DNA of 64,000 nucleotides, taken from positions 20,291-84,290 of IMG/VR virus record IMGVR_UViG_3300033075_000861. One strand, 5' to 3'. The notes under the pieces are model-generated. The model made no database searches, was not told the DNA's origin, and saw nothing but the letters and a program-made list of their open reading frames with translations. Within the stretch, counting starts at the first letter, position 1; every line of letters starts with the position of its first letter. Shown piece by piece: positions 23,851 to 33,875 of this stretch. Made by a program: the position numbers and the translations under genes. Origin of the DNA: a virus (taxonomy: Duplodnaviria > Caudoviricetes).

Positions 23851-24647
23851 TCGTCCCCTACACCCGTCAAGGCTGGTCCAACCACAGCCTTGACGGGCCT
23901 GCCTCCCTGATCGCCAACGGCTACCGGGGCGAGTTCTGCGTTATGGGGCTTGAGTTGCCCCCCAAGCTCACCTCCTACCTCGGCTGCACCCCTATCGAGG
24001 CCGAGCCTAACCCCTTCAACTTGGTAGCCGCCGCATGCCAGCAGGATTGCGTGGCGGCTATCATGGACCTGTCCTGTTTCGCCACCTCCGACATCAGCCC
24101 CATCCTATCCAAGGCGTGCGGGAAACTGGTTTGCGGCACCGGGCCTGACCCGATGCCCACCCTGAGGGCTAGGCTGGCTGACCACGGCATGCCCGACGAA
24201 CTGTTCCCCCTCGACCAGACCAAGATCCAGGCGGTCTTGAGGGCTATCTTAGCCTCCCAGGGCAGGCGGTACTCCTCGGGCTTCGTGGCCGGTGACCGGG
24301 GTGTCTGGGAGGGCCTGTTCGCCTTCATGAGGGTGTGCGGCGAGGCCGGCATCTGCGTCCTGAACGAACTGGCCTGGGAGGCTGTCATCAACCTCTACGC
24401 CCACTGCGTCGGCGGCGTCGAGGTTCTGCCCAGGGGCGACTACGCTCAGGTGGACGCGGCTTGGGGCAAGGACACGCACGCGGTAATCGGGCAGCGTCGT
24501 GAGGGTGGCATCCGCTTCCGCGACATGGACCCAGCCGCCTTCGCCGCCGAGGCTTCACGTTTTGAGGGCAAGCCCTCAAAGAGGTCGCTGATGGGCAGAC
24601 CGATGATGAAGGTTTCTCGCGTTGCCCAGCGTGCGGAGTATCGTTAA
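23820..24647 (+). CDS. Hypothetical protein, possibly a degenerate GT-A glycosyltransferase
   Basis: Weak similarity (IMDLSCFATSDI, YSSGFVAG); lies between gp47 and gp46. Confidence 0.4.
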   Translation: MSVPSSRCCVIVPYTRQGWSNHSLDGPASLIANGYRGEFCVMGLELPPKLTSYLGCTPIEAEPNPFNLVAAACQQDCVAAIMDLSCFATSDISPILSKACGKLVCGTGPDPMPTLRARLADHGMPDELFPLDQTKIQAVLRAILASQGRRYSSGFVAGDRGVWEGLFAFMRVCGEAGICVLNELAWEAVINLYAHCVGGVEVLPRGDYAQVDAAWGKDTHAVIGQRREGGIRFRDMDPAAFAAEASRFEGKPSKRSLMGRPMMKVSRVAQRAEYR

Positions 24648-24677
24648 GCTGCGTCCCTCAAACCCTGAGGGACAACA

Positions 24678-26681
24678 ATGCGTAACCTCGACTTCACCTA
24701 CCTGTCAGCCGAGAACTTCCTTTGCTTCAAGAACAAGGTCGAGATCGACCTGAGGAAGCTGGGCCGTATCGTGGTCGTCAAGGGCGTCAACCTCGACGCC
24801 ACCCAGGGCGACCCGGACGCGACCGGCGAGCCTGAGTCCAACGGTGCCGGCAAGTCTTCTATCCCCGAGATCATCTCCTACGGACTGTTCGGCAAGACCA
24901 TCCGTAGGCCGAAGAAACTCGGCGTGGACGACGTGGTCAACTTCCAGACCGGCAAGAAGATGGCCGTCGAGGTCCGCTGGGACAAGTACCGGGTCGTCCG
25001 CAAGAAGAACCCCGACTCCCTGAAGCTCTACGAACTGATCGACGGACACTGGAAGGATGAGACGCGGGGCAAGAAGACCCAGCAGTACATCGAGGAGACG
25101 CTTCTCGGCATGAACTACGAGACGTTCGTGAACGTCTCGGTCTTCAGCGACGACAACACCACGTCCTTCCTTGAGGTGGACACCCCCACCAAGAGGAAGA
25201 TCGTGGAGAACCTCCTCAGCCTGGAGAAGTACTGCGGCTACTTCGACAACGCCAAGAAGCTCCGCAACGCAGCCAAGGCCAGCATCAAGACCCTCACCAC
25301 CGACTTCAGCCGCATGCTGACCGACGTGGACCAGGCACGCTTCCGGCTGGAGCAGGTCAAGGCCCAGGAACTGAACTGGCGGCACGCCCAGAAGCAGGAG
25401 GCCCACAAGCTCGCCCTCCAGGCCAAGGCCAAGGAGGACGAGATCGCCGCCGCCGACTTCACCGGCGAACTAGCAGCCTACCAGATGGCCCAAGGACAAT
25501 TGGCCGAGGCCGAGGCCGAGGGCAAGCGGCTGGCCGAGGAGCGTGCTTCCGTCGAGCAGGTGGTCGCAGCCTACGAGGCCAACCTCAAGGAGGCCCAGGC
25601 CACGCTGGAGAAGCGTCAGGTCCAGAAGGCCAAGAAGGCTGCCGAGGTCGAGGGCTGCAAGGTCCGGCTCGCCCAGGCCGAGGCCACGGTCATGAACATC
25701 AACGACAAGCAGGACACCGTCTCCTGTCCCTGGTGTTATCAGGACGTGCCCGATGGCAACTACGACCACGTCCTCGATGAGGCCAAGAAGGTCATCGACG
25801 CCGAGACGAGGGCACTGACCGAACTGAACGTGGCCCTGGCCCAGGAGATCGGCAAGCTCGACAAGACGAGCGAACTGGTCGGCAAGGTCCGCACCATGAT
25901 CAGCCAGAAGCGGTCGGCCCTGGCCGAGTGCGACCGCCAGATCGCCGCCAACAACAAGGAGGTCAGCCGGCTGTCGCACATCAAGGAGCCTCAGCCCGAC
26001 GCCGCCGTGGTCGCACTCCAGCAGCAACTGGAGTCGCTGAGGAGCCAGGAGGCCGCGAAGCTGATCGAGGCGGACGGCGTATCGCCCTACGAGGGCACCA
26101 TCACCGCCCTCGCCCAGGAACTGTCGGAGAAGGAGGAGGCGACTGCCGCCAAGAAGGCTGAACTCAAAGAGGCTGAGGACGAACTCCCCTATCTGGAGTT
26201 CTGGGTCAAGGGCTTCGGTGACGACGGCATCCGCCAGCACGTCATTGCCGGCATCGTGCCCGCCATGAACAAGAGGATCTCCTATTGCCTCCAGTTCTTG
26301 GTGAATGGCAAACTGAGCCTCGCCTTCGACCCGAGCCTTGAGGCGACCATCGACCGCTGGCCCTTCCTCAAGAGGCCCTACGTCTACCACGGACTCTCGG
26401 GCGGTCAGAAGCAGCACCTGAACATAGCCCTCAGCCAGAGCATCGCCCACGTCCAACTGCTCAACACCGGCACCTGTCCGTCGTTCCTCTGGCTCGATGA
26501 GGTGACGAGCAACATCAGCCGGGCCGGTATCGAGGGCGTGTACCGGATGTTGTGCGAGATGAGCAAGGAGCGGCAGGTGTTTGTGATCGACCACAACGAG
26601 GCCCTCCTACAGAAGCTCGCCGGGTGCCAGACCATCACCGTGACGATGAAGGACGAGGCGTCCACAATCTCGATCACCTAA
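24678..26681 (+). CDS. gp46: Recombination ATPase gp46/SbcC/Rad50
   Basis: NGAGKSS Walker A, coiled coil with CPWC hook, LSGGQ, WLDEV, VIDH. Confidence 0.9.
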   Translation: MRNLDFTYLSAENFLCFKNKVEIDLRKLGRIVVVKGVNLDATQGDPDATGEPESNGAGKSSIPEIISYGLFGKTIRRPKKLGVDDVVNFQTGKKMAVEVRWDKYRVVRKKNPDSLKLYELIDGHWKDETRGKKTQQYIEETLLGMNYETFVNVSVFSDDNTTSFLEVDTPTKRKIVENLLSLEKYCGYFDNAKKLRNAAKASIKTLTTDFSRMLTDVDQARFRLEQVKAQELNWRHAQKQEAHKLALQAKAKEDEIAAADFTGELAAYQMAQGQLAEAEAEGKRLAEERASVEQVVAAYEANLKEAQATLEKRQVQKAKKAAEVEGCKVRLAQAEATVMNINDKQDTVSCPWCYQDVPDGNYDHVLDEAKKVIDAETRALTELNVALAQEIGKLDKTSELVGKVRTMISQKRSALAECDRQIAANNKEVSRLSHIKEPQPDAAVVALQQQLESLRSQEAAKLIEADGVSPYEGTITALAQELSEKEEATAAKKAELKEAEDELPYLEFWVKGFGDDGIRQHVIAGIVPAMNKRISYCLQFLVNGKLSLAFDPSLEATIDRWPFLKRPYVYHGLSGGQKQHLNIALSQSIAHVQLLNTGTCPSFLWLDEVTSNISRAGIEGVYRMLCEMSKERQVFVIDHNEALLQKLAGCQTITVTMKDEASTISIT

Positions 26682-26836
26682 ACTGAGGCCGGCTGCCCAC
26701 TTGGGGTAAGCCTCAGAAAAACAGATCGGCATCGCTTACATACCAGCCCGCATGATGCCCTCTCGCACGCACCCTGGGCGGGGTGCGGAGAGGGCATTCG
26801 TGTCTAACGAGTCATCAAAGAGGCAAAGAGGAAAAG

Positions 26837-29800
26837 ATGAGCATCGAAGCACTTCAGGACTACGTCTACACCAGCAAGTACAGCCGCTACACGAAGAAGC
26901 GAAAGCGGCGTGAGGTGTGGGACGAGTCCGTGGACCGTGTCCGCGACATGCACCTGGGGCGTTACCCCCAGATCGCGGACGAGATCAACTGGGCCTTCGA
27001 TCAGGTCCGCGAGAAGAGAGTCCTGGGGTCGCAGCGTGCCCTCCAGTTCGGCGGGGAGCCGATCCTGAGGAAGCATGCTCGCCTCTACAACTGTCTGAAA
27101 GAGGACACGCCGTTCATCACAAACCAGGGTGTCCGCACTTTTGCGGACTACTCAGACGGTGACCGTGTCATGGTGCTGACGCACCTGGGCAACTGGATGC
27201 CAGCGACTGTCCGGTCTTACGGCGAGCAGCCCCTAAACCGCATCCTGATCAAACGGGGCAAAGCGGAGCAGGAGGTCTACGCCACCGCTAATCACCGCTG
27301 GATTCTCAAGGGCGGCACGGAGACGACCTCACTGAAAGTGGGCGACCGGCTCGCTTTCGGCCCCGACGTGTTCAACGAGTTCAAATACGAGGACGCTCTG
27401 CCTGATGAGCGTCTCTACTGGGCCTACGGGTACGTCTACGGTGACGGGACCAAGGTCAAGGACGGCGATGGGCAGCACAAATACTCGATGGTGAGGCTGT
27501 GCGGCGATCAGGTCAAGTACCTCAATCGGTTTGAGGAACTGGGTTTCAACAGTTCCTCTCATCACTCGCTGGAAGGTGACGTGATGGTCTACACCGGGAA
27601 GTACCTGAAGACCCTGCCTGATCCTAAGGAAGACAGCCCTCGGCTGATCCGTGCCTTCGTCCGTGGCTACCTCGATGCGGATGGGGCCAGGAACAGCAAC
27701 TGTCGCCCTGGGCTGACGAACAACTCGCCCACACCCTACGACTCAATCCAGGCCACCGGCAAGGAGGCCATCGAGTTCATCCGCGAGTGCTTCCCCATCG
27801 CGGGCGTCTACATCGTCAGCGAAGAGGATAAGACTGGGGAGGTGACGAACTACGGACCCAGGACGGAGGAGACGATCAGGTTCCGAATCATCAATGGGTT
27901 CGGCAAGACCGCAGCCTCCTTCACTGTGGAAGCCATCGAGGAAGATGTGTCCAGGGAGAAGGTGTGGTGTCTGGAGGTCGAGGAGGACCACTCGTTCGTC
28001 ATGCCTAATGGCCTGCCGACCGGCAACTGCACCGTCTCCTACTGCGACCGGATGAGGTTCTTCCAAGAGGCGTTCTGGCTGCTGTTGTGCGGCTGTGGCG
28101 TCGGCTTCAGCGTGCAGCAACACCACGTCGCCAAGCTGCCCGACTTCGACAAGGGCCTGTGGCACCGCGTCGAGGTCGGCGGCAGTCTGGAGCAGACCGG
28201 GGGCGAGGAGTGGGGTGCAGCGTGGAAGGAGCGGCGGACCTACAGGGTGCCCGACACTATCGAGGGCTGGGCCGATGCCCTGGGCATCCTGCTCGCCACC
28301 TACATGCCCTCGCCGGGCTACGAGGAGTGGGCCGGCGTTCTGGTCGAGTTCGACTTCAGCGACATTCGCCCCGCCGGCTCGATCCTGTCCTCTGGCAGCG
28401 GCAAGGCCCCCGGCCCCGAGCCGCTGAAACGGTCGCTGGAGGTCATCCGTGGGCTTCTGAACAGACTCCTGAAGGAGGGCCGCACCCGCCTACGCCCCAT
28501 CGACGCCTACGACGTGGTCTGCCACGCCAGTGACGCGGTCCTCAGCGGCGGCGTTCGTCGGAGTGCCACCATCTGCATCTTCAGCCTGGAAGATGACGAG
28601 ATGATGAAGGCGAAGACCGGCGACTGGTTCTTCACGAACCCCCAGCGTGCCCGGTCGAACAACAGCGTCCTGCTCCTGAGGGACAGGGTCACCGAGGAGC
28701 AGTTCCTCAAGATCATCGAATCGGTCAAGGAGTTCGGGGAGCCGGGCTTCCTGTGGAGTGACAGCACGGAACTGATGGTCAATCCGTGCGTCGAGATCGG
28801 CATGTGGCCGGTCTGCCACCTCACCGGCCTAAGCGGCTGGCAGTTCTGCAACCTGTGTGAACTGAACGGCAAGCTGATCAAGAGCCGCGAGGACTGGAGG
28901 ATCGCTGCCAGGGCCGCAGCTATCATCGGCACCTGCCAGGCCGGCTACACCGACTTCGACTACCTGGGCGAGGTCACCAAGAGGATCACAGAGCGTGAGG
29001 CCCTGCTGGGGGTGAGCATCACCGGCATGATGGACTCGCCGGACGTGATCTTCGATGAGGAACTCCAGCGTGAGATGGCCCAGTACATTCTGGAGATCAA
29101 CGAAGAGATCGCCCCTAAGATCGGCGTCAGGCCGACCGCCAGGGCGACCTGCGTCAAGCCGGCGGGAACGTCTTCGTGTGTCCTGGGCACCGGCTCGGGA
29201 ATCCACCCGCACCACGCCCGGCGGTACATCCGCCGCATCCAGGGCAACACGATGGAGGCCCCGCTCCAGTTCTACAAAGGTCACAACCCTCACGCGGTGG
29301 AGAGGAGCGTCTGGAGTGCCAACGGCACCGACGAGGTGATCAGCTTCGCCATCGAGGTGGACGAAGACTGCCGCGTCAAGCCGGACCTGAGTGCCATCGA
29401 ACTTCTGGAACACGTCCGGCTTACCCAGGTCAACTGGGTCATGTCCGGCTGCGTCCCCGAGCGTTGCACCCAGCCCTGGCTGAGGCACAACGTCAGCAAC
29501 ACCATCAACGTCAAGCCCGACGAGTGGCTGCCTGTCGGCAAGTACATCTACAAGTACCGCGAGAACTTCGCCGGCGTGTCCCTGCTGCCGGCCACCGGCG
29601 ACCGGGACTACCCTCAGAGTCCGATGGTGCAGGTGTTCACGCCAGCCGAGATCGTCGCCCACTACGGGGACGCCGGCCTGTTCGCTTCCGGCCTCATCGT
29701 GGACGGCCTGCACGCCTTCGATGACAACCTGTGGCTGGCCTGCGAACACGCCCTGGGCCACCAGAAGGTCGAGTGCAAGACCCCGCCGGTGGGGACCGGA

Positions 29801-30142
29801 CGCTACAAGACGCACAGCGACTGGACGGCCTGGCTGCCCGGCTGCGTGCAGGACTTCCTCGGCCTGCGGGAGGAGATCGTCACGATCCCCGACGAGCCGT
29901 GGCATAAGTTCAAAGCCCAACAGGACTGGGTCCGCCGGGCGATCCAGTTCGCGGATCGCTACTTCCAGGGCGACGTGAAGAAGGCGACGTACTGCCTCAA
30001 GGACGTGGACAACTGGCACACCTTCGTCGCCTTGATGCGACAAGACGTGCCCGTAGACTACAGTGAGATGCTGGAGGAGGACGACAACACCACACTCCGC
30101 GAGTCGATGGCTTGCTCGGGAGGTAAGTGTGAACTGATCTGA
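26837..30142 (+). CDS. nrdJ: Ribonucleotide reductase large subunit (probably class II) containing an intein
   Basis: LYN/C, NPCVEI, CNLCE, TCVKPAGT and C-terminal CSGGKC; no small-subunit gene adjacent. Confidence 0.8.
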   Translation: MSIEALQDYVYTSKYSRYTKKRKRREVWDESVDRVRDMHLGRYPQIADEINWAFDQVREKRVLGSQRALQFGGEPILRKHARLYNCLKEDTPFITNQGVRTFADYSDGDRVMVLTHLGNWMPATVRSYGEQPLNRILIKRGKAEQEVYATANHRWILKGGTETTSLKVGDRLAFGPDVFNEFKYEDALPDERLYWAYGYVYGDGTKVKDGDGQHKYSMVRLCGDQVKYLNRFEELGFNSSSHHSLEGDVMVYTGKYLKTLPDPKEDSPRLIRAFVRGYLDADGARNSNCRPGLTNNSPTPYDSIQATGKEAIEFIRECFPIAGVYIVSEEDKTGEVTNYGPRTEETIRFRIINGFGKTAASFTVEAIEEDVSREKVWCLEVEEDHSFVMPNGLPTGNCTVSYCDRMRFFQEAFWLLLCGCGVGFSVQQHHVAKLPDFDKGLWHRVEVGGSLEQTGGEEWGAAWKERRTYRVPDTIEGWADALGILLATYMPSPGYEEWAGVLVEFDFSDIRPAGSILSSGSGKAPGPEPLKRSLEVIRGLLNRLLKEGRTRLRPIDAYDVVCHASDAVLSGGVRRSATICIFSLEDDEMMKAKTGDWFFTNPQRARSNNSVLLLRDRVTEEQFLKIIESVKEFGEPGFLWSDSTELMVNPCVEIGMWPVCHLTGLSGWQFCNLCELNGKLIKSREDWRIAARAAAIIGTCQAGYTDFDYLGEVTKRITEREALLGVSITGMMDSPDVIFDEELQREMAQYILEINEEIAPKIGVRPTARATCVKPAGTSSCVLGTGSGIHPHHARRYIRRIQGNTMEAPLQFYKGHNPHAVERSVWSANGTDEVISFAIEVDEDCRVKPDLSAIELLEHVRLTQVNWVMSGCVPERCTQPWLRHNVSNTINVKPDEWLPVGKYIYKYRENFAGVSLLPATGDRDYPQSPMVQVFTPAEIVAHYGDAGLFASGLIVDGLHAFDDNLWLACEHALGHQKVECKTPPVGTGRYKTHSDWTAWLPGCVQDFLGLREEIVTIPDEPWHKFKAQQDWVRRAIQFADRYFQGDVKKATYCLKDVDNWHTFVALMRQDVPVDYSEMLEEDDNTTLRESMACSGGKCELI
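27092..28027 (+). mobile_element. Intein (312 aa) with LAGLIDADG endonuclease
   Basis: Begins CLKEDT, ends HSFVMPNGLPTGN before +1 Cys; AYGYVYGDG and VRGYLDADG blocks. Confidence 0.92.
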
Positions 30143-30170
30143 GGCTCCAGAAATAACGTCGATCTTCACA

Positions 30171-30196
30171 GCCGGCCCAGTGTATACTGGGCCGGC
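30171..30196. other. Perfect 11-bp inverted repeat between RNR and pyrD
   Basis: GCCGGCCCAGT-GTAT-ACTGGGCCGGC. Confidence 0.6.
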
Positions 30197-30215
30197 TCAC
30201 TTGAGGTACAAAGCG

Positions 30216-31202
30216 ATGACCGACCTGCGACTGGCTCTGGCGAACACGCCTACGGACGAGTACTACCTGAACCCCGAACTGCTCGCCACCACCCTGCCGA
30301 CCCGCCTGCCCAACGGCCTGCAATTCGATTTTTGCTGTGCCGCCGGTGCCCTCGGCTTCGACGGCGACGGCTACTGGTTTGAGTGGCCTTTTATCACCCT
30401 GGGCATCCTCGACCCCCGCGACTTCGTCATCATCGTTAAGACGCTCACCTACGAGGCCCGCAAAGGCAACTACGACCCCTGGCGTCCCTGGACTTGTGTC
30501 CGGCTGGTCCGTGGCGGCATGATCAACGCGATGGGCCTGCCCAACATGGGCTACGAGCGGTGGATCAGGGACTGCTACCCGATGATCATCGAGCGGGGCT
30601 ACCGTGCCATCGTCTCGATCCAGCCGACGAACCGCAAGGAAGCCTGGGACATGAGCCGCCGCCTTAACCTCAACCACATTGAGGGGATCGAGGTGAACCT
30701 GTCCTGTCCGAACACCAAGGACGAGTACGACCCGGTCGAGATCATCAAGACCGTCCGCTACTGCACGGCCTTGCCGGTGATCGCCAAACTGGGCTACAGT
30801 TCTGTGGTGGGGGATGTCTCCTACATGCAAGGCATCGACCCCTATGTCGATGCCTGGGATCTGATCAACACGGTCCCCTGGAACGAACTGCACAAGACGC
30901 CCTCGCCGCTGGCCGGCTACAAGCTCATGGGCGGCGTCTCGGGCGAGCAGATTATCCCGCACGCCCGCGAGGCCCTCCATGTTACCAAGACCCGCATGCA
31001 CGCCGGAATCCTGGCTAAGAAGCCGGTCATCAGCGGCGGCGGGATCGGCAGCCTGAATGAGGCGGTGATCCGCCGCAACCTGGGGGCGGACTCGCTCTCC
31101 CTGGGGACGGTCTTCCCGAGGAGCATCCTCAAGTTCGACCCCTGGCTGCCCAATAGGATCGTCAGGGAGTACAGGCGTCTGTATGGGGAGAAGATGCCGT
31201 GA
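30216..31202 (+). CDS. pyrD: Dihydroorotate dehydrogenase-like flavoprotein
   Basis: INAMGLPN, EVNLSCPNT, LINT, GGVSG and ISGGGI motifs. Confidence 0.75.
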   Translation: MTDLRLALANTPTDEYYLNPELLATTLPTRLPNGLQFDFCCAAGALGFDGDGYWFEWPFITLGILDPRDFVIIVKTLTYEARKGNYDPWRPWTCVRLVRGGMINAMGLPNMGYERWIRDCYPMIIERGYRAIVSIQPTNRKEAWDMSRRLNLNHIEGIEVNLSCPNTKDEYDPVEIIKTVRYCTALPVIAKLGYSSVVGDVSYMQGIDPYVDAWDLINTVPWNELHKTPSPLAGYKLMGGVSGEQIIPHAREALHVTKTRMHAGILAKKPVISGGGIGSLNEAVIRRNLGADSLSLGTVFPRSILKFDPWLPNRIVREYRRLYGEKMP

Positions 31203-31218
31203 CGCACTCATGTAGTGC

Positions 31219-31785
31219 ATGGAAGACAAACTACTGAACACAGAGCATGGCAGGCTTGTGGTTGAGGCCCTGGCCTACCGCAAAAAAGTGGGTAAGCAGA
31301 CGCGACGGTTTTACCTGTGCCGCTGCAAGTGCGGCGGCACAAAGATCGTCCAGGCTTGCATTTTGCAGAGCAAAAAATGCCATAGCTGTGGATGTCTGAG
31401 AAAGAGGCGTGGCAAGGACAACCCTAAGTGGACTGGCGTTGGAGAGATCAGTGGGTCATACTGGGACTCTGTTGTCGCCAAAGCCAAGAAACGCGGCAGA
31501 GGAGGGAGGTTGTCGTGGCCTGTTGAAATTGACGCCGAGTACGCCTGGCTAGTCTACCAGAGGCAGGGGGGCGTGTGTGCTTTGTCTGGTACGCCGATTG
31601 GGTTCGGCAAGGAAAGGACCGCCTCGCTAGACCGCATAGACAGTGGACAGGGATACCTACCTGGGAACGTACAGTGGGTTCATAAGACGGTCAACCTCAT
31701 GAAGCAGAACCTGCCCGAGTCGCTCTTCATCGAGTTCTGTCTGGCGATAGCAGCACACCAAGGAGCGAAGAATGTCAGGAAGTAA
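31219..31785 (+). CDS. Homing endonuclease (HNH-like)
   Basis: YLCRCKCG N-terminus; CALSG...SLDRIDSGQGYLPGNVQWVHKTVNLMK. Confidence 0.75.
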   Translation: MEDKLLNTEHGRLVVEALAYRKKVGKQTRRFYLCRCKCGGTKIVQACILQSKKCHSCGCLRKRRGKDNPKWTGVGEISGSYWDSVVAKAKKRGRGGRLSWPVEIDAEYAWLVYQRQGGVCALSGTPIGFGKERTASLDRIDSGQGYLPGNVQWVHKTVNLMKQNLPESLFIEFCLAIAAHQGAKNVRK

Positions 31786-33439
31786 GTACATCGTGACCGT
31801 AGGCGGCGTTATTTCCGGCTGCGGCAAGGGGGTGGCCTCGGCGTCAATCGGGCTTCTCCTTACGATGCGTGGCCTCAGGGTCAAGGCCATCAAGTGCGAC
31901 CCCTACTTCAATGTCAACGCGGGCGTCCTGGCCCCCCGAGAGCATGGGGAGGTCTACCTCTGCGAGGACGGCACCGAGGCTGACCTCGACCTCGGCACCT
32001 ACGAGCGGATCATCGGGACGCAGATGTCCGCTCAGAACATCTTCACGTCGGGGACGCTCTACAAGGAGTTGATCGCCGGCGAGGAGCAGGGCAAGTACCT
32101 GGGCCAGACGGTTCAGACCACGCCTCACGTCACCGACCTCATTCAGGAGCGTCTGGTGACCCTGGGCAGAGACGCCGACATCGTCTTGGTCGAGATCGGC
32201 GGCACGGTCGGGGACATCGAGAGTGTGCCCTTCCTCAGGGCGATCCGCCAGTTCAAGCAAAAGCACTGGGACGACGTGCTGATCAACCTCGTCGCCCCGG
32301 TTCTCTGGATCAACATTATGAAGGAGTTCAAGACCAAGCCGTTGCAGATGGCGGTCGAGACTCTCAACAGCTACGGCCTCCAGGCGGACCTCCTGTTGTG
32401 CAGGCCGATCAACTCGCCCATCCCGCTTCCCCCTAAGATCCTCGACAAAATCGCCAACCTGACCAACATCCCCCGGACGGCCATGTTCGCCGCCCCGGAC
32501 GTTCGCTCGGTCTGGGAGGTGCCCATCGAGTACTACAACCGGCACGTCGATGACCTGATCTGCGACCGGCTGCACCTGAAACGGAACGGGGTCAAGATCC
32601 ACAAGTACCGCGAGCTTGTTGAGCGATACCTCGACGGCGAGCTTCCCGAGGCCACGGTCGCTGTCGTCGGCAAGTACGAGAATGAGGAGGCATACAAAAG
32701 CCTCAAGGAGGCGATCCTGCACGCGGGGGTCGCCAACAACTGCCGTGTGGAAATCAAGTGGGTTCAGGCCGAGGATCTGGAGAAGTCCAAGGACATGAGG
32801 GGCGTCTGGCCCCACTTCGATGACGTGGACGCGGTCATCGTCGCCGGGGGCTTCGACAAGCGGGGCACCGAAGGCAAGATCCGTGCGGTCAAGTACGCCC
32901 GCGACAAGAAAATCCCTTTCCTCGGCATCTGCCTGGGGCTTCAGTGTGCCGTGATAGAGGTCGCCCGCCTGGCCGGCCTGGAGAACGCCAACAGCCTGGA
33001 GTTCGACCCGGACACCAAGTACCCGGTCGTCCACCTCGTCAAGGGCCAGGAGGAGATCACTCAGAAAAGCGGCACCATGAGACTGGGGGCCTACGACTGC
33101 GAACTGAAGCCGGACTCCCTGGCGATGGAGTTGTACGGCAAAAACCTTATCTCGGAGAGGCACCGCCACCGCTACGAGGTGAACCCGGCCTTCGTGCCCC
33201 AACTGGAGTCCAAGGGCTTCCGCGTCACCGGCACGAATCCAGGCTCCGGTCTGGTTGAGATCATGGAAATGGATCGCTCGGTGCATCCCTACTTTATTGG
33301 GGTGCAGAGCCATCCAGAGTTCAAGTCTCGCCTGACGGCTCCGTCACCCCTCTTCGTCGGCCTCGTCCAGGCCGCGATGGAGAGGAGAATGGGTGAAGAG
33401 CCTAAGGAGATGAATGAACTTCCGAGAGTACCTGCTTAA
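31772..33439 (+). CDS. pyrG: CTP synthase
   Basis: GGVISGCGKG, DPYFNV, EIGGTVGDIES, GICLG, ERHRHRYE, QSHPEF. Confidence 0.95.
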   Translation: MSGSKYIVTVGGVISGCGKGVASASIGLLLTMRGLRVKAIKCDPYFNVNAGVLAPREHGEVYLCEDGTEADLDLGTYERIIGTQMSAQNIFTSGTLYKELIAGEEQGKYLGQTVQTTPHVTDLIQERLVTLGRDADIVLVEIGGTVGDIESVPFLRAIRQFKQKHWDDVLINLVAPVLWINIMKEFKTKPLQMAVETLNSYGLQADLLLCRPINSPIPLPPKILDKIANLTNIPRTAMFAAPDVRSVWEVPIEYYNRHVDDLICDRLHLKRNGVKIHKYRELVERYLDGELPEATVAVVGKYENEEAYKSLKEAILHAGVANNCRVEIKWVQAEDLEKSKDMRGVWPHFDDVDAVIVAGGFDKRGTEGKIRAVKYARDKKIPFLGICLGLQCAVIEVARLAGLENANSLEFDPDTKYPVVHLVKGQEEITQKSGTMRLGAYDCELKPDSLAMELYGKNLISERHRHRYEVNPAFVPQLESKGFRVTGTNPGSGLVEIMEMDRSVHPYFIGVQSHPEFKSRLTAPSPLFVGLVQAAMERRMGEEPKEMNELPRVPA

Positions 33440-33875
33440 CGAGTCAGAGGACTTCCTGGCTCAGAGGATCGGTGACATCCTCACCGCCGTTCAGGAACTT
33501 GCCGAGGGCGGCAAGCAGATCGGGGCCAGGCAGTTGGTCCGCAACACCGAGGTGGTGGTAGCCCAGATCCGCAAGATCCTACACAACAGTTGGCCGCGTG
33601 CCCACCAGAAGCACCTCAAGAGGCTCCAGAAGGTCGGCGTGGCCCTGATGAAGACCATCGATGAGAAGGGCGACCTTCCCGAGATGCTCATGGCGGCACA
33701 GGCTGAATTGCAGAAGGTCACGGAGAAGCTGGGCAAGCCTGTCCACCACCTCGGGACGCCCGAGGAAGACGAGGGCAAGAAGGAGCAGCCTGAGGACTCA
33801 CCCCAGGCACCCGGCCTTGAAGGTCAGGGCGTCAAGGCCGGTGCCAACGCTAACTCTCCGATCCAGGCTCAGTGA
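33414..33875 (+). CDS. Hypothetical protein with MNFREYL start
   Basis: AAGGAG RBS; shared N-terminal motif. Confidence 0.65.
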   Translation: MNFREYLLNESEDFLAQRIGDILTAVQELAEGGKQIGARQLVRNTEVVVAQIRKILHNSWPRAHQKHLKRLQKVGVALMKTIDEKGDLPEMLMAAQAELQKVTEKLGKPVHHLGTPEEDEGKKEQPEDSPQAPGLEGQGVKAGANANSPIQAQ

